Below, piece after piece: positions 17,301 through 27,500 of a DNA stretch of 56,529 nucleotides; the first letter of the stretch is position 1, and every line of letters begins with the position of its first letter. The notes under the pieces are model-generated. The model did no database searches. It saw nothing but the letters and a program-made list of their open reading frames with translations, and was not told the DNA's origin. The DNA is from Bdellovibrionales bacterium. Lineage in GTDB: Bacteria > Bdellovibrionota > Bdellovibrionia > Bdellovibrionales > UBA1609. The DNA lies in assembly GCA_020435005.1 (NCBI GenBank), contig JAGRAE010000002.1, positions 1 to 56,529 on the forward strand, given 5' to 3'. Both the position numbers and the translations under genes were made by a program.

Positions 17301-20300
17301 ATAGCCATTCGCACCTGTCACCAAATTCCAATTTAATGTAATGTCTGTTGTTGAAGCTGATAAAGAAAAGCCGCTTATGGTTGCTTTTCTAAATGAAACT
17401 ATATTAGTTGCTGAGGTTTCTTGATTACCCCATACACCCTTTACATAAAAATGATTAAGACCTTCTATTAAAAAAGCACTAGGAACAATATTGCTTGGAT
17501 AGTTGCCTACAAGAGTATAAGGACCACCAACATTAGTAGCATGGTAAAGATTAAAGCTATTAAAATGAGTTGGCGCTGTCCAATGTAGCTCAACAGTTTC
17601 CAAGCTATTTACCTTAACTGTTAAATTTGTTGGATCATTTGAAATAATACTGGGGGTTCCACTGCGAACTTCACTGTGAGGACCAACAAGATAATAATGA
17701 CTCGGTGATACTGTCTGAACATGAGTTTGAATATAATAATAGTAAGTCGTTCCCTGAGAAACTGTATTATCAGTATAACTTAAGGATGCTTCGTCACTAA
17801 CTATTTTAGTATAAGGACCATTAATGTCTGTGGCTCTATAAATATCATATAAAGGATTTGTACCACTGTACAAATTTCCCCCGTCAGGCTGATTCCATTT
17901 CAAAACAATTTCACTGTCCCCAGGATCTAAATCTAAAATCGGTGGATTCGTCCATCTGTAATAAACAACATTGGACTCATCTGAACTGTCAGATCCCCAC
18001 TGGGCAATAACCGAAAGAGAGTGATTTGAATCCATATTCCAGCCACAGTAGACATGGCTAAGTTGACTTGTAGTTTGATTTAATATCCTTGCCCCACCAT
18101 TGCTTCCGCGCAGAATACCAAATTCTGTATAATAGTTTGTTGGAGACCATGAAAGCTGTAAGCCTTGATTGTAAGAACAATCTTTATGTGAAGGATATCC
18201 TTGTATAACAAGGTTTGATGGTGCCGCTGGAAGGGGGCGTGGATATGCAGAAGCCATATTGGATTCCATACTCTGACCTGAAGGATTAATTCCTTTTACA
18301 ATGTAATAATAGCTTTGGTTATTATTGACTGTGTTGTCGACATAAATTGTAGTTGAGGTTTCAACCCCCAAAGAGACAAATGGACCTCCCGAAGTTGTCG
18401 AGCGATAAACCTTATAAGTCATATTATTTATATTTGAACTCCAAGAAAGACGCACTTCACTGTCGCCAGGAATAGCTGTTAAGCTGTTTGTATTTGCTGG
18501 AGCCCCTGCGCTAATTGTTATACTCTCTACTGTAGAGTTTTGGCTTCTGCCGGTGCTATTGGTGGCAAGAACTCTATAGTAATAGGTTTCACCTTCATTT
18601 ACTAAGTCATCAGTTAAGTTATTAGCGTTCAAAGAAGAACCCACAATAGTAAATGGACCTGAAGCAGAAAGTGATCTTTCTACAGTATAGGTGGGAAGAG
18701 GTGAAGAAACTAAATCTGGTAACCAAGTTAAGTAAACGCTTCCATCAAAGTTATTACTCACAGTTAATGATTGCGGAGGAAGATCGTGATGTTTGAAGTT
18801 GATTTGGAATTGGCAATCTGAAAAAGTCGAAACTTCATTGATAGTAGCAGCATAAAGAGATGTTGTGACGTTAGAAGGAAGAACAACATCTATACCCGCA
18901 TTTTCATAATCAATTGGAGATCCACTAGTGAGTAAACTACTACAAGAACTATCTGTATAAATGCCTACGCTGGTGCGATTTAAAAAGTCAGAACTAGCAC
19001 CAAAAACCCCTTTTATTTTTACGTTCTTTGTGAAAGACGGCGTAGTCGGTGTGGAACTTGTAAATATAGGTTTTCCTGGTTTATAGCTATCATGAGTGTA
19101 ATTAGTCATAAGTGTACACATACTGCCATTGTTGGCGTCATCAAAAGCTTTAGCATATAGAGCAGTGACGTTGTCTGCAGAAACATTTGCTATGATTCCT
19201 GCTCCAGAAAATTCAACAGGTGTGCCTTCACCTACCTTATTAGTACAAAATGAATTGTCGTATATCATTATTTTTGAAACAGGCAACTGACTTGTAACAG
19301 GCGCTGACGAGCTACCTAGTATTAATGGACTTGTGGATATGGCATTTGGTGAAAGCGGGCTGGTCGCACTAAAAACAGGGTTATTAGGTGGGATAGTATT
19401 ATGAATAAAGGTCATCAAAAAACCACAACTAGAGACATTGCCATAAATATCTGTCGCAATGGCATGAATATCCGTTGTTGAGTTAGAAGGTAAAGTAATT
19501 TGAATTCCGGCAGAAGTAAATTGTCCTTTTGATCCACTACCCAAAGAATTCGCACAAGTATTATCATCATATAGCTCCACCGTAACTATACTCGAATGAG
19601 CTGTACCTACAATAAAAGGCATATTAGAACCATTGGTCGGTGTTGCAGGAAATGAATACAACAAACCGACATTAGGTGCAGGAATATTTGAATGTTCATA
19701 ACTTGCATGAAATCCACAATTAGAAACGTTACCCTCAATATCACTAACTTGAACATAAATAGAATTATTATTATTGGCTTGTAATGCTAAAGGTATACCA
19801 GAGCCTTCATATTGCGCGGGTGTTCCACTTCCAACAAGTGCTGTACAGTTTTCATCGGAATAAAAAGAAAGGGCATTTGTGTATTGTAAAGCTGTTCCAA
19901 AAATACTGGGATTCGTATTATTGTTATTGGGAGAGCTGGGTGTTGTTCCTGAATAAATGGGAAAGTCAGGGGGGATAGTATTGTGTTTATATTGAGTCAT
20001 ATAAGTACAAGTTGAAGCATTACCCGAAGGATCATAATTTTGTGCATAGATTTGAGTCGTTGTATTTTCATCAACACCCACAGGAATACCAACACCCTCA
20101 AAAGCTGCTTTTGTACCGGCTCCGATTTGAGTTAAACATAATGGTGACACATAAAACTTAACAGTGAGTGTGTCAGCACTCGCCGTTCCCTTTAGCTTAG
20201 GATTTAATATACTGTTATTTGGAGATATAGGATTAATAGATACATAGGTCGGAGGCTCAGGAGGTAAGGTGTCATGAACATAAGTCGTTAAAAAAGAACA

Positions 20301-21224
20301 TGCAGAAGGGTTGTTATTATCATCAATTGATTTTGCATATAAATTTGTCGTTGAGTTATTATTCAGAATTACTTGTAGGCCAGGACTTTCAAATGTTTCT
20401 GGAGTGCCTGTTATTAAAGCGTTTGAGCAAGATGCATCATTATAAATTGTAATTTGAATCGCATCATCTGATGTGAGTCCCTGAATGAGAGGAGTCGAAC
20501 TAGTATTGTTCGGGGAAATGGGTACTGAAGCTGTAAATACAGGGTTAGTTATAACAGTATCTAAATGGGTGTAACTAGTTAGATGCGTACAGTTTGATTT
20601 TTGAGCTAATAAATCCTCAACATAGGCATATATTTCAGTTGTTTGGTTTTCAGTGAGAATAATTTGTATCCCATTGCCTTCAAATTCTATAACGCTACCG
20701 TTTCCAACAGCTGTCTGACAATTGACATCGCTAAAAAAGAAAATAGTTGCAGAACTTGGAAAGGCAGTACCAAAAATTCCGGGGCTGGCATTTTCTCTGG
20801 TGGGAGACTCGGGTGATGTTTTAGAAAATTTTGGCACACTGGGTTTTAATTCAACAGGCTCATAATCCATAAAAAACAAACAATCATCACTATTCATGGT
20901 TGTGACATATAGTTTTTTTGGATTATTATTATTCATTGTTAAATCTACGCCGTACAAATTGAAATCTTTAACTGCCACGCTTCCAATGCTTGTACCCGTA
21001 CACTGTTTGTTTTCATAAAAATCAAGTATGTCTAAATTAACAACGCCCTTGATTTGAATTTCACCAGTCACATGAATGTTGATCTGGGCAGAACTATAAT
21101 CTTCAACTGAGAGACTGAAGACTTGGATGGGCTCTGGAACTGGAGTTGCATTTTTTTCTCCCTTTTTGCAAGAGATCTGAAAAATAACAAAAAATGCTAA
21201 GGTTATAAACTTTAAAAACTTCAT
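14313..21224 (-). CDS. 2303-aa giant surface lipoprotein: ~8 Cys-pair Ig-like repeats, ~12 FN3 domains, ~400-aa unassigned C-terminal domain
   Basis: Lipobox VIFQISC. Repeats are described in the two sub-features. No LPXTG, PEP-CTERM, T9SS CTD or autotransporter barrel is recognisable at the C-terminus (...LNSSALIIKSSLP). Confidence 0.8.
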   Translation of the reverse strand: MKFLKFITLAFFVIFQISCKKGEKNATPVPEPIQVFSLSVEDYSSAQINIHVTGEIQIKGVVNLDILDFYENKQCTGTSIGSVAVKDFNLYGVDLTMNNNNPKKLYVTTMNSDDCLFFMDYEPVELKPSVPKFSKTSPESPTRENASPGIFGTAFPSSATIFFFSDVNCQTAVGNGSVIEFEGNGIQIILTENQTTEIYAYVEDLLAQKSNCTHLTSYTHLDTVITNPVFTASVPISPNNTSSTPLIQGLTSDDAIQITIYNDASCSNALITGTPETFESPGLQVILNNNSTTNLYAKSIDDNNNPSACSFLTTYVHDTLPPEPPTYVSINPISPNNSILNPKLKGTASADTLTVKFYVSPLCLTQIGAGTKAAFEGVGIPVGVDENTTTQIYAQNYDPSGNASTCTYMTQYKHNTIPPDFPIYSGTTPSSPNNNNTNPSIFGTALQYTNALSFYSDENCTALVGSGTPAQYEGSGIPLALQANNNNSIYVQVSDIEGNVSNCGFHASYEHSNIPAPNVGLLYSFPATPTNGSNMPFIVGTAHSSIVTVELYDDNTCANSLGSGSKGQFTSAGIQITLPSNSTTDIHAIATDIYGNVSSCGFLMTFIHNTIPPNNPVFSATSPLSPNAISTSPLILGSSSAPVTSQLPVSKIMIYDNSFCTNKVGEGTPVEFSGAGIIANVSADNVTALYAKAFDDANNGSMCTLMTNYTHDSYKPGKPIFTSSTPTTPSFTKNVKIKGVFGASSDFLNRTSVGIYTDSSCSSLLTSGSPIDYENAGIDVVLPSNVTTSLYAATINEVSTFSDCQFQINFKHHDLPPQSLTVSNNFDGSVYLTWLPDLVSSPLPTYTVERSLSASGPFTIVGSSLNANNLTDDLVNEGETYYYRVLATNSTGRSQNSTVESITISAGAPANTNSLTAIPGDSEVRLSWSSNINNMTYKVYRSTTSGGPFVSLGVETSTTIYVDNTVNNNQSYYYIVKGINPSGQSMESNMASAYPRPLPAAPSNLVIQGYPSHKDCSYNQGLQLSWSPTNYYTEFGILRGSNGGARILNQTTSQLSHVYCGWNMDSNHSLSVIAQWGSDSSDESNVVYYRWTNPPILDLDPGDSEIVLKWNQPDGGNLYSGTNPLYDIYRATDINGPYTKIVSDEASLSYTDNTVSQGTTYYYYIQTHVQTVSPSHYYLVGPHSEVRSGTPSIISNDPTNLTVKVNSLETVELHWTAPTHFNSFNLYHATNVGGPYTLVGNYPSNIVPSAFLIEGLNHFYVKGVWGNQETSATNIVSFRKATISGFSLSASTTDITLNWNLVTGANGYKVFRATEYNGVYSEIGNPAINSYIDSTAANGVGYYYKVQATFADSTLGQLTTYKSAKLNDGTTTPSGVSLEIVSGTSIKVKWTPIPTATQHLVYSATSAGGPYTQKAVLPGAGAETTVSGFSANTQYFIKVGAIVSATEYLTTPKSIYTYSNPGAPIVTVGNNQLNVSWTPVSGALTYDLLRSSDGKNFSSVVTSHPTSSYLDTGTVNGQIYFYKVQANFASGSTLSSSTSGATPGITPLAPTQVFVRNNNTGTELVLDWSKVEGVNTYKVYVDTTPSHVTPVQTSSSNQDVVIAGLNLGTTYYIAVSATNGDMESALTPDAIIVTDLESAAPTVEWGSASSIDVSWSAVTNAVTYNVYRSTDSYDFNLLASGIASTTYNDATIDPNTTYYYYYKSFDASGRAMADSAISSGINIGFLPLAPQSLHLSAEDNSSVNLSWISTPLANTYRILRGTSSGGPYSQIASVTAPTIQYTDNTVVSGNTYFYVVQTVTLEKVASAYSNEVGINLNGGPASLLASNAASGVQLNWNSLAGASSYNVARSENSGGPYGVITNVGTNSYIDTSAVADVSYYYVVTGVYADNSISPVSNEANINRSGSLKLQVPIELTDTRLASSDLTDVTFQRTMTSLNTDDYDGVTSYEFEVIAKNSDSSSHNIYLVDEGNVEIASILLPANTTDYTRLRTSFAPNIGSDKYRIKISTSTFAAQVEVNSAKILVNQSNASKTKLYFPLLSVSQIPSANDGEVFAHSTMALDFSSPNSRIQFLRQANDLENLTDFNAWELEAIVSTTGTAEGVVALNNNDVGQLVYGTYTRFSNNALTLANIPIDEGVANFNSSNEGHLYEIQIMCEYNCSSGTVALHKAGLWVKLENLTKAISYYRMAGLQDPQGSSTDYYDDRIYLDLSLYSNPLLYFEADLEDDITSSADVSLVYHANDSGSFGLNAEVSSMLSFNSDLRERQRTGALTLISGQRFSTRLEPSGGMVNLNSSALIIKSSLP
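15520..18780 (-). repeat. Array of ~12 fibronectin type III-like domains (approximate bounds)
   Basis: A ~85-90-aa period with a recurring L.W......Y.(V/I)(Y/F)R(S/A)....GPY......(T/S).Y.D......(T/S)YYY.V pattern (e.g. YKVYRSTTSGGPFVSLG...SYYYIVKG; YNVARSENSGGPYGVI...SYYYVVTG). Confidence 0.75.
18781..21120 (-). repeat. ~8 Ig-like adhesin repeats of ~97 aa, each with a conserved Cys pair (approximate bounds)
   Basis: Recurring P(V/I)(F/Y)....P.SPNN...P.I.G.......(I/V).(F/Y)Y.D..C....G.G......(E/S).GI.......N.TT.(I/L)YA...D..GN.S.C.......H...P unit, e.g. ...ITIYNDASCSNALITGTPETFESPGLQVILNNNSTTNLYAKSIDDNNNPSACSFLTTYVHDTLPP. Confidence 0.7.
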
Positions 21225-21226
21225 GC

Positions 21227-24200
21227 TTAAAGCCCCAACATTAATTTAATTTCATTATTTGTTCCGTCGATAAAAAGTAAGTCAATGGTTCCGTCATGAT
21301 TAACATCTGTAAGTTCAACGCCCACGGTATTAATATTGCTTGGTATTATCTTAGAGTTTGAGAAATCCCCAAAAAATGATCCCAATAGGGCAGTGGCTTT
21401 TTGATTCAATCCATTGCCTACAATAAGATCTTCGTTATTGTCGCCATTTAAATCAGCCTTCCTAATAGAAGTCGGGTCAGCCCCACAGCTGTAGTTAACT
21501 GGCAACCCTAAAGATCCATCACTGTTGCCAAAGTAGACACTCACTGAAGCTGATAAACTATTAGAAACAGCGACGTCTATGTTTAAATCACTATTAAAGT
21601 AACCCACAACAACACCATTGGGTCCAGTTTGTGTACTATAATTTGCCGGACCAGTAAATGTCCCATCACCATTGCCCAAGTAAACGCCCACGGAGTTTGC
21701 TGATTGATGTGTAACTATTAAATCTACAATTCCATCTTGGTTCATGTCGCCCGTGGCGAGCGAAGACGGCTGAGCAGATGTGTTGGTATCTGATCGTGTA
21801 CTAAAAGTTCCGTCACCAACGCCGGGAAAAAAAGATAAACTATTGGCTCCGGAATTTGCTACAACTAAGTCCAAGTTCCCATCTTTGTTAAAATCTTCAA
21901 AGGTTAAAGCAGAAGGCTGTGATGCTACTCCATAAATTGTTGGTGTATCAAAACTCCCCGACCCTGTATTTAAATAAACTTGGATGTTATTAACGTTTTG
22001 GTTAACAACTACTAAATCAATATCATCGTCATCATCTATATCTGCAGATTTTATGGCTACGGGACCAGATGATGTTAATAAGGTATTAAAATTGGCAAAC
22101 AAACCCAAACCATTGCCAATTAAAATTTGAATATTATTGTCTCCATTATTCACCACGGCTTGGTCAATGTGTCCATCACCATTAAAGTCAGCCGTAGTAA
22201 TGTCTCTTGGACCATTGCCTACAATATTTTTATAACCGATAATTCCACCTGCCTGGGTGGGTATAACTTGAACCTTTTTATCACCATTCGAAACTACAAC
22301 GATATCTTGAAAAGCATCGTCATTTGTTTCATTGACAATCACATCCAAGGGGTTAGACCCCACAAGAATTGGTGCTAAAATATTAAAAGTCCCATTTCCT
22401 AGTCCCTGTAAAACAGATAAGCTGTTATCAATGCTGTTTGTTACAAATAAGTCAGGATTATTGTCATTGTTATAGTCTTTTGCAAATAAGGCTGTTGGCC
22501 CCTGTCCCACTAAGGTATTAATGGGCAAATTCATGCCACCGGCCTGATCATTTATAAAAACGCTCACATTATTATCTACATTGTTTGCGGTAGCGATATC
22601 TAAATATGTGTCATTGTCAAAATCAGCTATCATTAAATCGGAGGGAGCCACTCCAGTAAAATAATTGGCCTGTGCTAAAAAGCTACCAGCTCCATTATTT
22701 AAAAACACACCCACATTGTCGAGAGCAGAGTTAATCACAACTATATCAAGCCCATTGATTTTGTCTAAATCACCGACTTCAACTTTCGAGGGCGAAGTTC
22801 CTGCCCCGGTAGGTAAAAATGTTGGTGCAGAAAAAGTTCCATCACCAACGCCATATCTAATGGCTATTAAATTAGCTCCCACAGAGACAGATAAAATATC
22901 TAAATGATTGTCGCCATTTAAATCACCAGAGGCTAAAGCCACCGGCAGATTTTCACTGACATCCAAATTAATATCAACCGCAGCATTAAAAGTACCGTCA
23001 CCAACTCCAGTAAATAGACTATACTTGTTGTTACAGGATATAAATAAATCTAAATGAGTATCTTCATTGTAATCTCCTGTAATAAGAGCATAGGGCGTTG
23101 TACAAATGCTATTTATTTTTGATTGCGAATTAAAAAATGCTCCATTTTGCCCAAGCAATATACCAATACTAGGATCTCCTTTGTTTAGAAGAGCAATATC
23201 TAAAATGGAATCTTCATTAAAATCGCCCATAACAATATTTTCAGGACTATTTCCCAAAGAAAAATTTAAGTCAAAATTACCATTGTTATTTGTTGTTCCT
23301 ATAAGACTTAACGAAATGATAGCTTGTCCTGTGCCTGCATTATCCGGTAACGGAGAGCCCGCCGGAGTGACTGTAACCGTACTTTTTGTGCTGTGAAAAC
23401 CTTGTTGAACAGTAATGCTAGCAAAACCATTGGCATCTGTTGACTGTTGATTTGAGTCTAAAAACAATAAGCTTCCCACTTTTTGTGTAAAAACTACTGG
23501 ATACGCCGGAACACCATTTCCATATTGATCAACGACTTGAACTTTTAAGACATCTAAAAAATCTAATCCAATTGTTTGTGACTGATCGGCCCCTGAATCA
23601 ACTGGCAAAATAAAATGGTCGGGAAGATCTGCGGCAACTGTTATATTAATCTCTAAACTTGCACCAAGTGAATCTGTAAGAATTATTTTGTCCATTACTC
23701 CAGCTGTAGTTCCTGCCGTATATGTGTTCGTATTTGGATCAAAAGTAGCTCCAGAGTTATTTTCTTGAAGCACTAAAGTATAAGAACTACTTCCACCCGA
23801 AGGAGAGAAAACTTGTTCTTGTGTAGCCACAATTGTGGGATTATCGGGAGTTACTTCTAATACTCTTTTTTCCCATAGGAAGTTGGAGCTTGCTTCATTA
23901 TTTGCTAAATCTTTTTGTGTAAGCGTAAAATTGTAATCGCCATCTGAAAACTTAGGTATAGCTATACTAAAGCTTGATGATGCACAAATGTCTGTTCCCA
24001 CTCCATCACCACTCAATGTAATAGTTGAACCAGTTTCGCAGTTGCCGGTAATATTCAAAACAGTTTCTGAAGATTTATAGATAGAGCTTGGAGGATAAGT
24101 AATATCTGGTGGTGGCACAGTGGTTTTTCTCTGCCAGGTTAATGTTGTTGGTTCAGAACTGGTGCCGTCATAACTTTGAGTAAGAAAAAAATTATAAATA

Positions 24201-24523
24201 CCATCAGTGTCTTTTGTAAGATTAAAAGAAAAAGTTTTATTAATACAATTTTGTTTATCACTGGCATCACCATTTATGTGAACGACATGTTTATCTTCAC
24301 ACAATCCACTAATTACTAACTCTGTGTCATTGGAATAATAAGTTTTTTCTTCTGGTGTAGTGACAATAGGTTTGGCGACCTCAGGAGATAAATAAGAAGG
24401 CGCATCAGGTCCTTCAGTAACTTTAACTGATTTTTTGCAACCACTTAAGACAATACTGCCTAGTATTAAAATACTTAAACAAATACTAAGATTAAGTTGC
24501 TTAGTCAGCTTATTGAAACTCAA
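21227..24523 (-). CDS. 1098-aa lipoprotein: Ig-like domains followed by 14 FG-GAP/VCBS-type repeats
   Basis: Lipobox VLSGC. TTG start preceded by the SD GGGAG at a 7-nt spacing (an in-frame TGA lies 6 codons upstream). There are 14 Ca-binding-like DxNxDxxxD units. The stop is only 2 nt from the start of the 2303-aa gene. Confidence 0.8.
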   Translation of the reverse strand: MSFNKLTKQLNLSICLSILILGSIVLSGCKKSVKVTEGPDAPSYLSPEVAKPIVTTPEEKTYYSNDTELVISGLCEDKHVVHINGDASDKQNCINKTFSFNLTKDTDGIYNFFLTQSYDGTSSEPTTLTWQRKTTVPPPDITYPPSSIYKSSETVLNITGNCETGSTITLSGDGVGTDICASSSFSIAIPKFSDGDYNFTLTQKDLANNEASSNFLWEKRVLEVTPDNPTIVATQEQVFSPSGGSSSYTLVLQENNSGATFDPNTNTYTAGTTAGVMDKIILTDSLGASLEINITVAADLPDHFILPVDSGADQSQTIGLDFLDVLKVQVVDQYGNGVPAYPVVFTQKVGSLLFLDSNQQSTDANGFASITVQQGFHSTKSTVTVTPAGSPLPDNAGTGQAIISLSLIGTTNNNGNFDLNFSLGNSPENIVMGDFNEDSILDIALLNKGDPSIGILLGQNGAFFNSQSKINSICTTPYALITGDYNEDTHLDLFISCNNKYSLFTGVGDGTFNAAVDINLDVSENLPVALASGDLNGDNHLDILSVSVGANLIAIRYGVGDGTFSAPTFLPTGAGTSPSKVEVGDLDKINGLDIVVINSALDNVGVFLNNGAGSFLAQANYFTGVAPSDLMIADFDNDTYLDIATANNVDNNVSVFINDQAGGMNLPINTLVGQGPTALFAKDYNNDNNPDLFVTNSIDNSLSVLQGLGNGTFNILAPILVGSNPLDVIVNETNDDAFQDIVVVSNGDKKVQVIPTQAGGIIGYKNIVGNGPRDITTADFNGDGHIDQAVVNNGDNNIQILIGNGLGLFANFNTLLTSSGPVAIKSADIDDDDDIDLVVVNQNVNNIQVYLNTGSGSFDTPTIYGVASQPSALTFEDFNKDGNLDLVVANSGANSLSFFPGVGDGTFSTRSDTNTSAQPSSLATGDMNQDGIVDLIVTHQSANSVGVYLGNGDGTFTGPANYSTQTGPNGVVVGYFNSDLNIDVAVSNSLSASVSVYFGNSDGSLGLPVNYSCGADPTSIRKADLNGDNNEDLIVGNGLNQKATALLGSFFGDFSNSKIIPSNINTVGVELTDVNHDGTIDLLFIDGTNNEIKLMLGL
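21230..23240 (-). repeat. 14 FG-GAP/VCBS repeats, consistent with two seven-bladed beta-propellers (approximate bounds)
   Basis: GDFNEDSILD, GDYNEDTHLD, GDLNGDNHLD, GDLDKINGLD, ADFDNDTYLD, KDYNNDNNPD, NETNDDAFQD, ADFNGDGHID, ADIDDDDDID, EDFNKDGNLD, GDMNQDGIVD, GYFNSDLNID, ADLNGDNNED, TDVNHDGTID, each followed by (V/I)xxxN and G.G.G.F segments. Confidence 0.75.
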
Positions 24524-24543
24524 TTTTATGCTCCCACATCAAC

Positions 24544-27500
24544 TTATTTTGGCACTCGAATCAAACGATTTGCCTGAAAGTCTGTCACATATAAAAAGTT
24601 GGCATCACCACTTATTGCTCCCGGTGAATCGTGCATAAAAGTACCTAACACACTACCCACACCTACACGACCTCCTTGACACCAACCTGGAGTAGAACCC
24701 GTGGCTCCACTACAACCAAAATCACCACCTGTTGGTGTAAAGTCAGGGTCAATGCCACCTTTCCAACCAATCATGGTACCCGTTGCCTTATCAATTTTCG
24801 TAATATAAACAGGTAAATTACTTCCACTTCTCGCACAGGCTTGACGGTTTAGAGTGTAAATATGAGTGCTATCCATCCACATGGACATCACACGAGAGCA
24901 CCATGTACCCCACGTGCGAACTACCGCTCTATCTGATTCCCAACTCTTTGTATAATTATCGCCCTCTGCAAATGCTGCCTCTAACCACTGGCCATTTAGA
25001 TTATATTTTTCAATTCTTCTATTTTCACCATTTGAAACATATAAATATGTACCATCTGAATGAACATCTGCAGACCAAACATCAAAACTAAAGTCTCCTC
25101 CGCGCGAAGTTGAATTTTGTCCTGCTTGTGAATTCCCATCCAAGCACCATCCGGAATTGGAAACATTAAAATCACCATTTGAAGCAGGAGTGCATCCTGA
25201 TGATGGATTCGAATTTACCCTACCAATCCAACCTTCAAAGGCACCAGTGACGGCATTGTATTTTGAGATATTATGGTAATATCTATTAACAACATAAATG
25301 CTCCCTGCCGCATAAGCAATACCTGCAGGATCACGCATATAACCATAACCATTACCTTCTTTTGCGGCACCACCCTTACACCATCCAGGTGTAAATGAGT
25401 CTACTGGCGCACCAGCGCATCCTGGATCTCCACCAGTAGGAGTATTATTAATCCTTCCAATCCATCCACCATAAGTACCATCATCTAATCTAAATCTTTG
25501 TACTCTATTCAAGTCATAATCTGTGACATACAACCAAGTGCCATCTGTAGCTAAGTCATAGGGACGATTCATGACTCCATCAACGTCGTAATCAATCATC
25601 CCGGAGTCATACCATAACCAATCGGGATAAAAGTTAGCTCCCTTGCACCAAGACGGTGAGGCCCCCATCCCTCCCATTAATAAACAAAGAGGTGATGAAC
25701 CGCCTGTTGGCTTAGATGTCATTCCGCCCACCCAGCCGACAAGTTCACCTGTGTATTTGTTTATTTTTTTAATGCGCGAACCATCATACTCTGTGGTGAA
25801 CACATAGTCGCCATGAACTAACACACCCCTTGGTGAATAATAAGATTTGTCATCAAAACCATTATCTTCGGCAGCTGTGATACGATTAGATGTCCACTCA
25901 CTAGGACTATTATCTTCGAGAGCAATGATTCCTTGTAGTTGTCCTGTTGATGCATTGAATTTCTTAACACCAGGATATCGTTCACCGCTTACAAGAATAT
26001 TGCCGTTACCGTCATAGGCAATGGCCCTAGTTCTAATAAATGAGTCAGCATCCAAACCACCTTTTCCAGTACCACCTATACACCAACCGGGAGTATTTTC
26101 ATTGGAGTTAAGAGTATTACAACCAACGTTTCCAGACATACCTGAGTTGTTTGCGACCTTTCCCATCCAAGACTCTATAAGACCGGTGAAATCTACTTTT
26201 AAAATTCGTTCTTCATCAGCCGCATATATTTTTGTACCATCTGTTGTAATTCCTGTTAGTCCCTTCCAATTATGATTCATATTGGGGAGAGCTTCGATAA
26301 AGGCTCCCGTGTCCTTATCGTATGTGTTGATATGTGAACCATAGTTATTGTCTGCAACATACAAAGTTGTTCCAATAATCATTAAGCGTGTGGGTGCATA
26401 AACTCCACCCGCAAGGCCACTATGATTGTAAGGATGAACTCTTTTTGAAACTCCACCAAAGCACCATCCTGGAGTTAACGTATCAGCTGGTGCTGAAGAG
26501 CATCCTGCCGCTCCGCTAGAAGGTGTCGTGTGAACCATACCAATCCATCCAGCAAAAGCTCCTGTTGTTTTATCAAAACGATTTATTGCAGATTGTGATG
26601 CTACATACATATAAGTATCATCCACTACCACGCCGCGTGGATTAACCATGCGACCATCACCTGTTAAGTTATAGTTGCCGTTAGTCCAACCCACATTTCT
26701 TAAACGTCCATCTATACACCAACCAGGTAGAGGTGTATCGTTTGCAGCTACTGTACAATTTGGTGGACCGCCAGGTCCCGGCCCTGTGGGTTTCACGTTG
26801 TATAAGCGACCAATCCATCCGGCAAAGGCGCCGGTTTCAGCTTCATAGCGATTAATTGAATCTCTTCCATTTTGAACGACGTAAATATAATTTTCATCAG
26901 CAGCAATATCGATTGGGCTACTCATTGCTCCTTCTGGAACCTCATATTCTCCTCCGGCTTGAGAAATACCTCCTGTACACCAACCTGGAAGTTCATCATT
27001 GGTGAGAGTATTAATACAAAGTGCTGGACTAGGAGTAACTAAATTACTACCCGTAGAACCAACACCGTTTTCATGTTGAATTCGACCCATCCATCCTATG
27101 TATTGATTGTTTTGGTAATCAAATTTAGTAACTTTGTGTTTGTAGTAATCTGCTATATACATATATCTATAGTCTGGTGAAAATTCGATATCATATGCTG
27201 AGAAAATTCCATCATAACGGGCCGCCACTGGTTTGATGCCCATTCTGACGGGAAGCATGTCATTCACGCCCCCATTTTTTGTAGCCGTACCAATCCAGCC
27301 CCAATCAGCGTTAATCGTCCAGGCTAATGTTCCTTGTGTAAGGATCGCTGCATTGTCTGTAACTGTTAGAGTAAGAGTGTCTGGGTATTGACCGACAAAA
27401 TAGAATTGTTTTGTTCCCTCTCCCGCCGCAAAATTTAAACTATTTATTATTGAAGAGCAGTTTAAATCTGAATAAAACTTACCTGCTATGCCCTGTCCCG

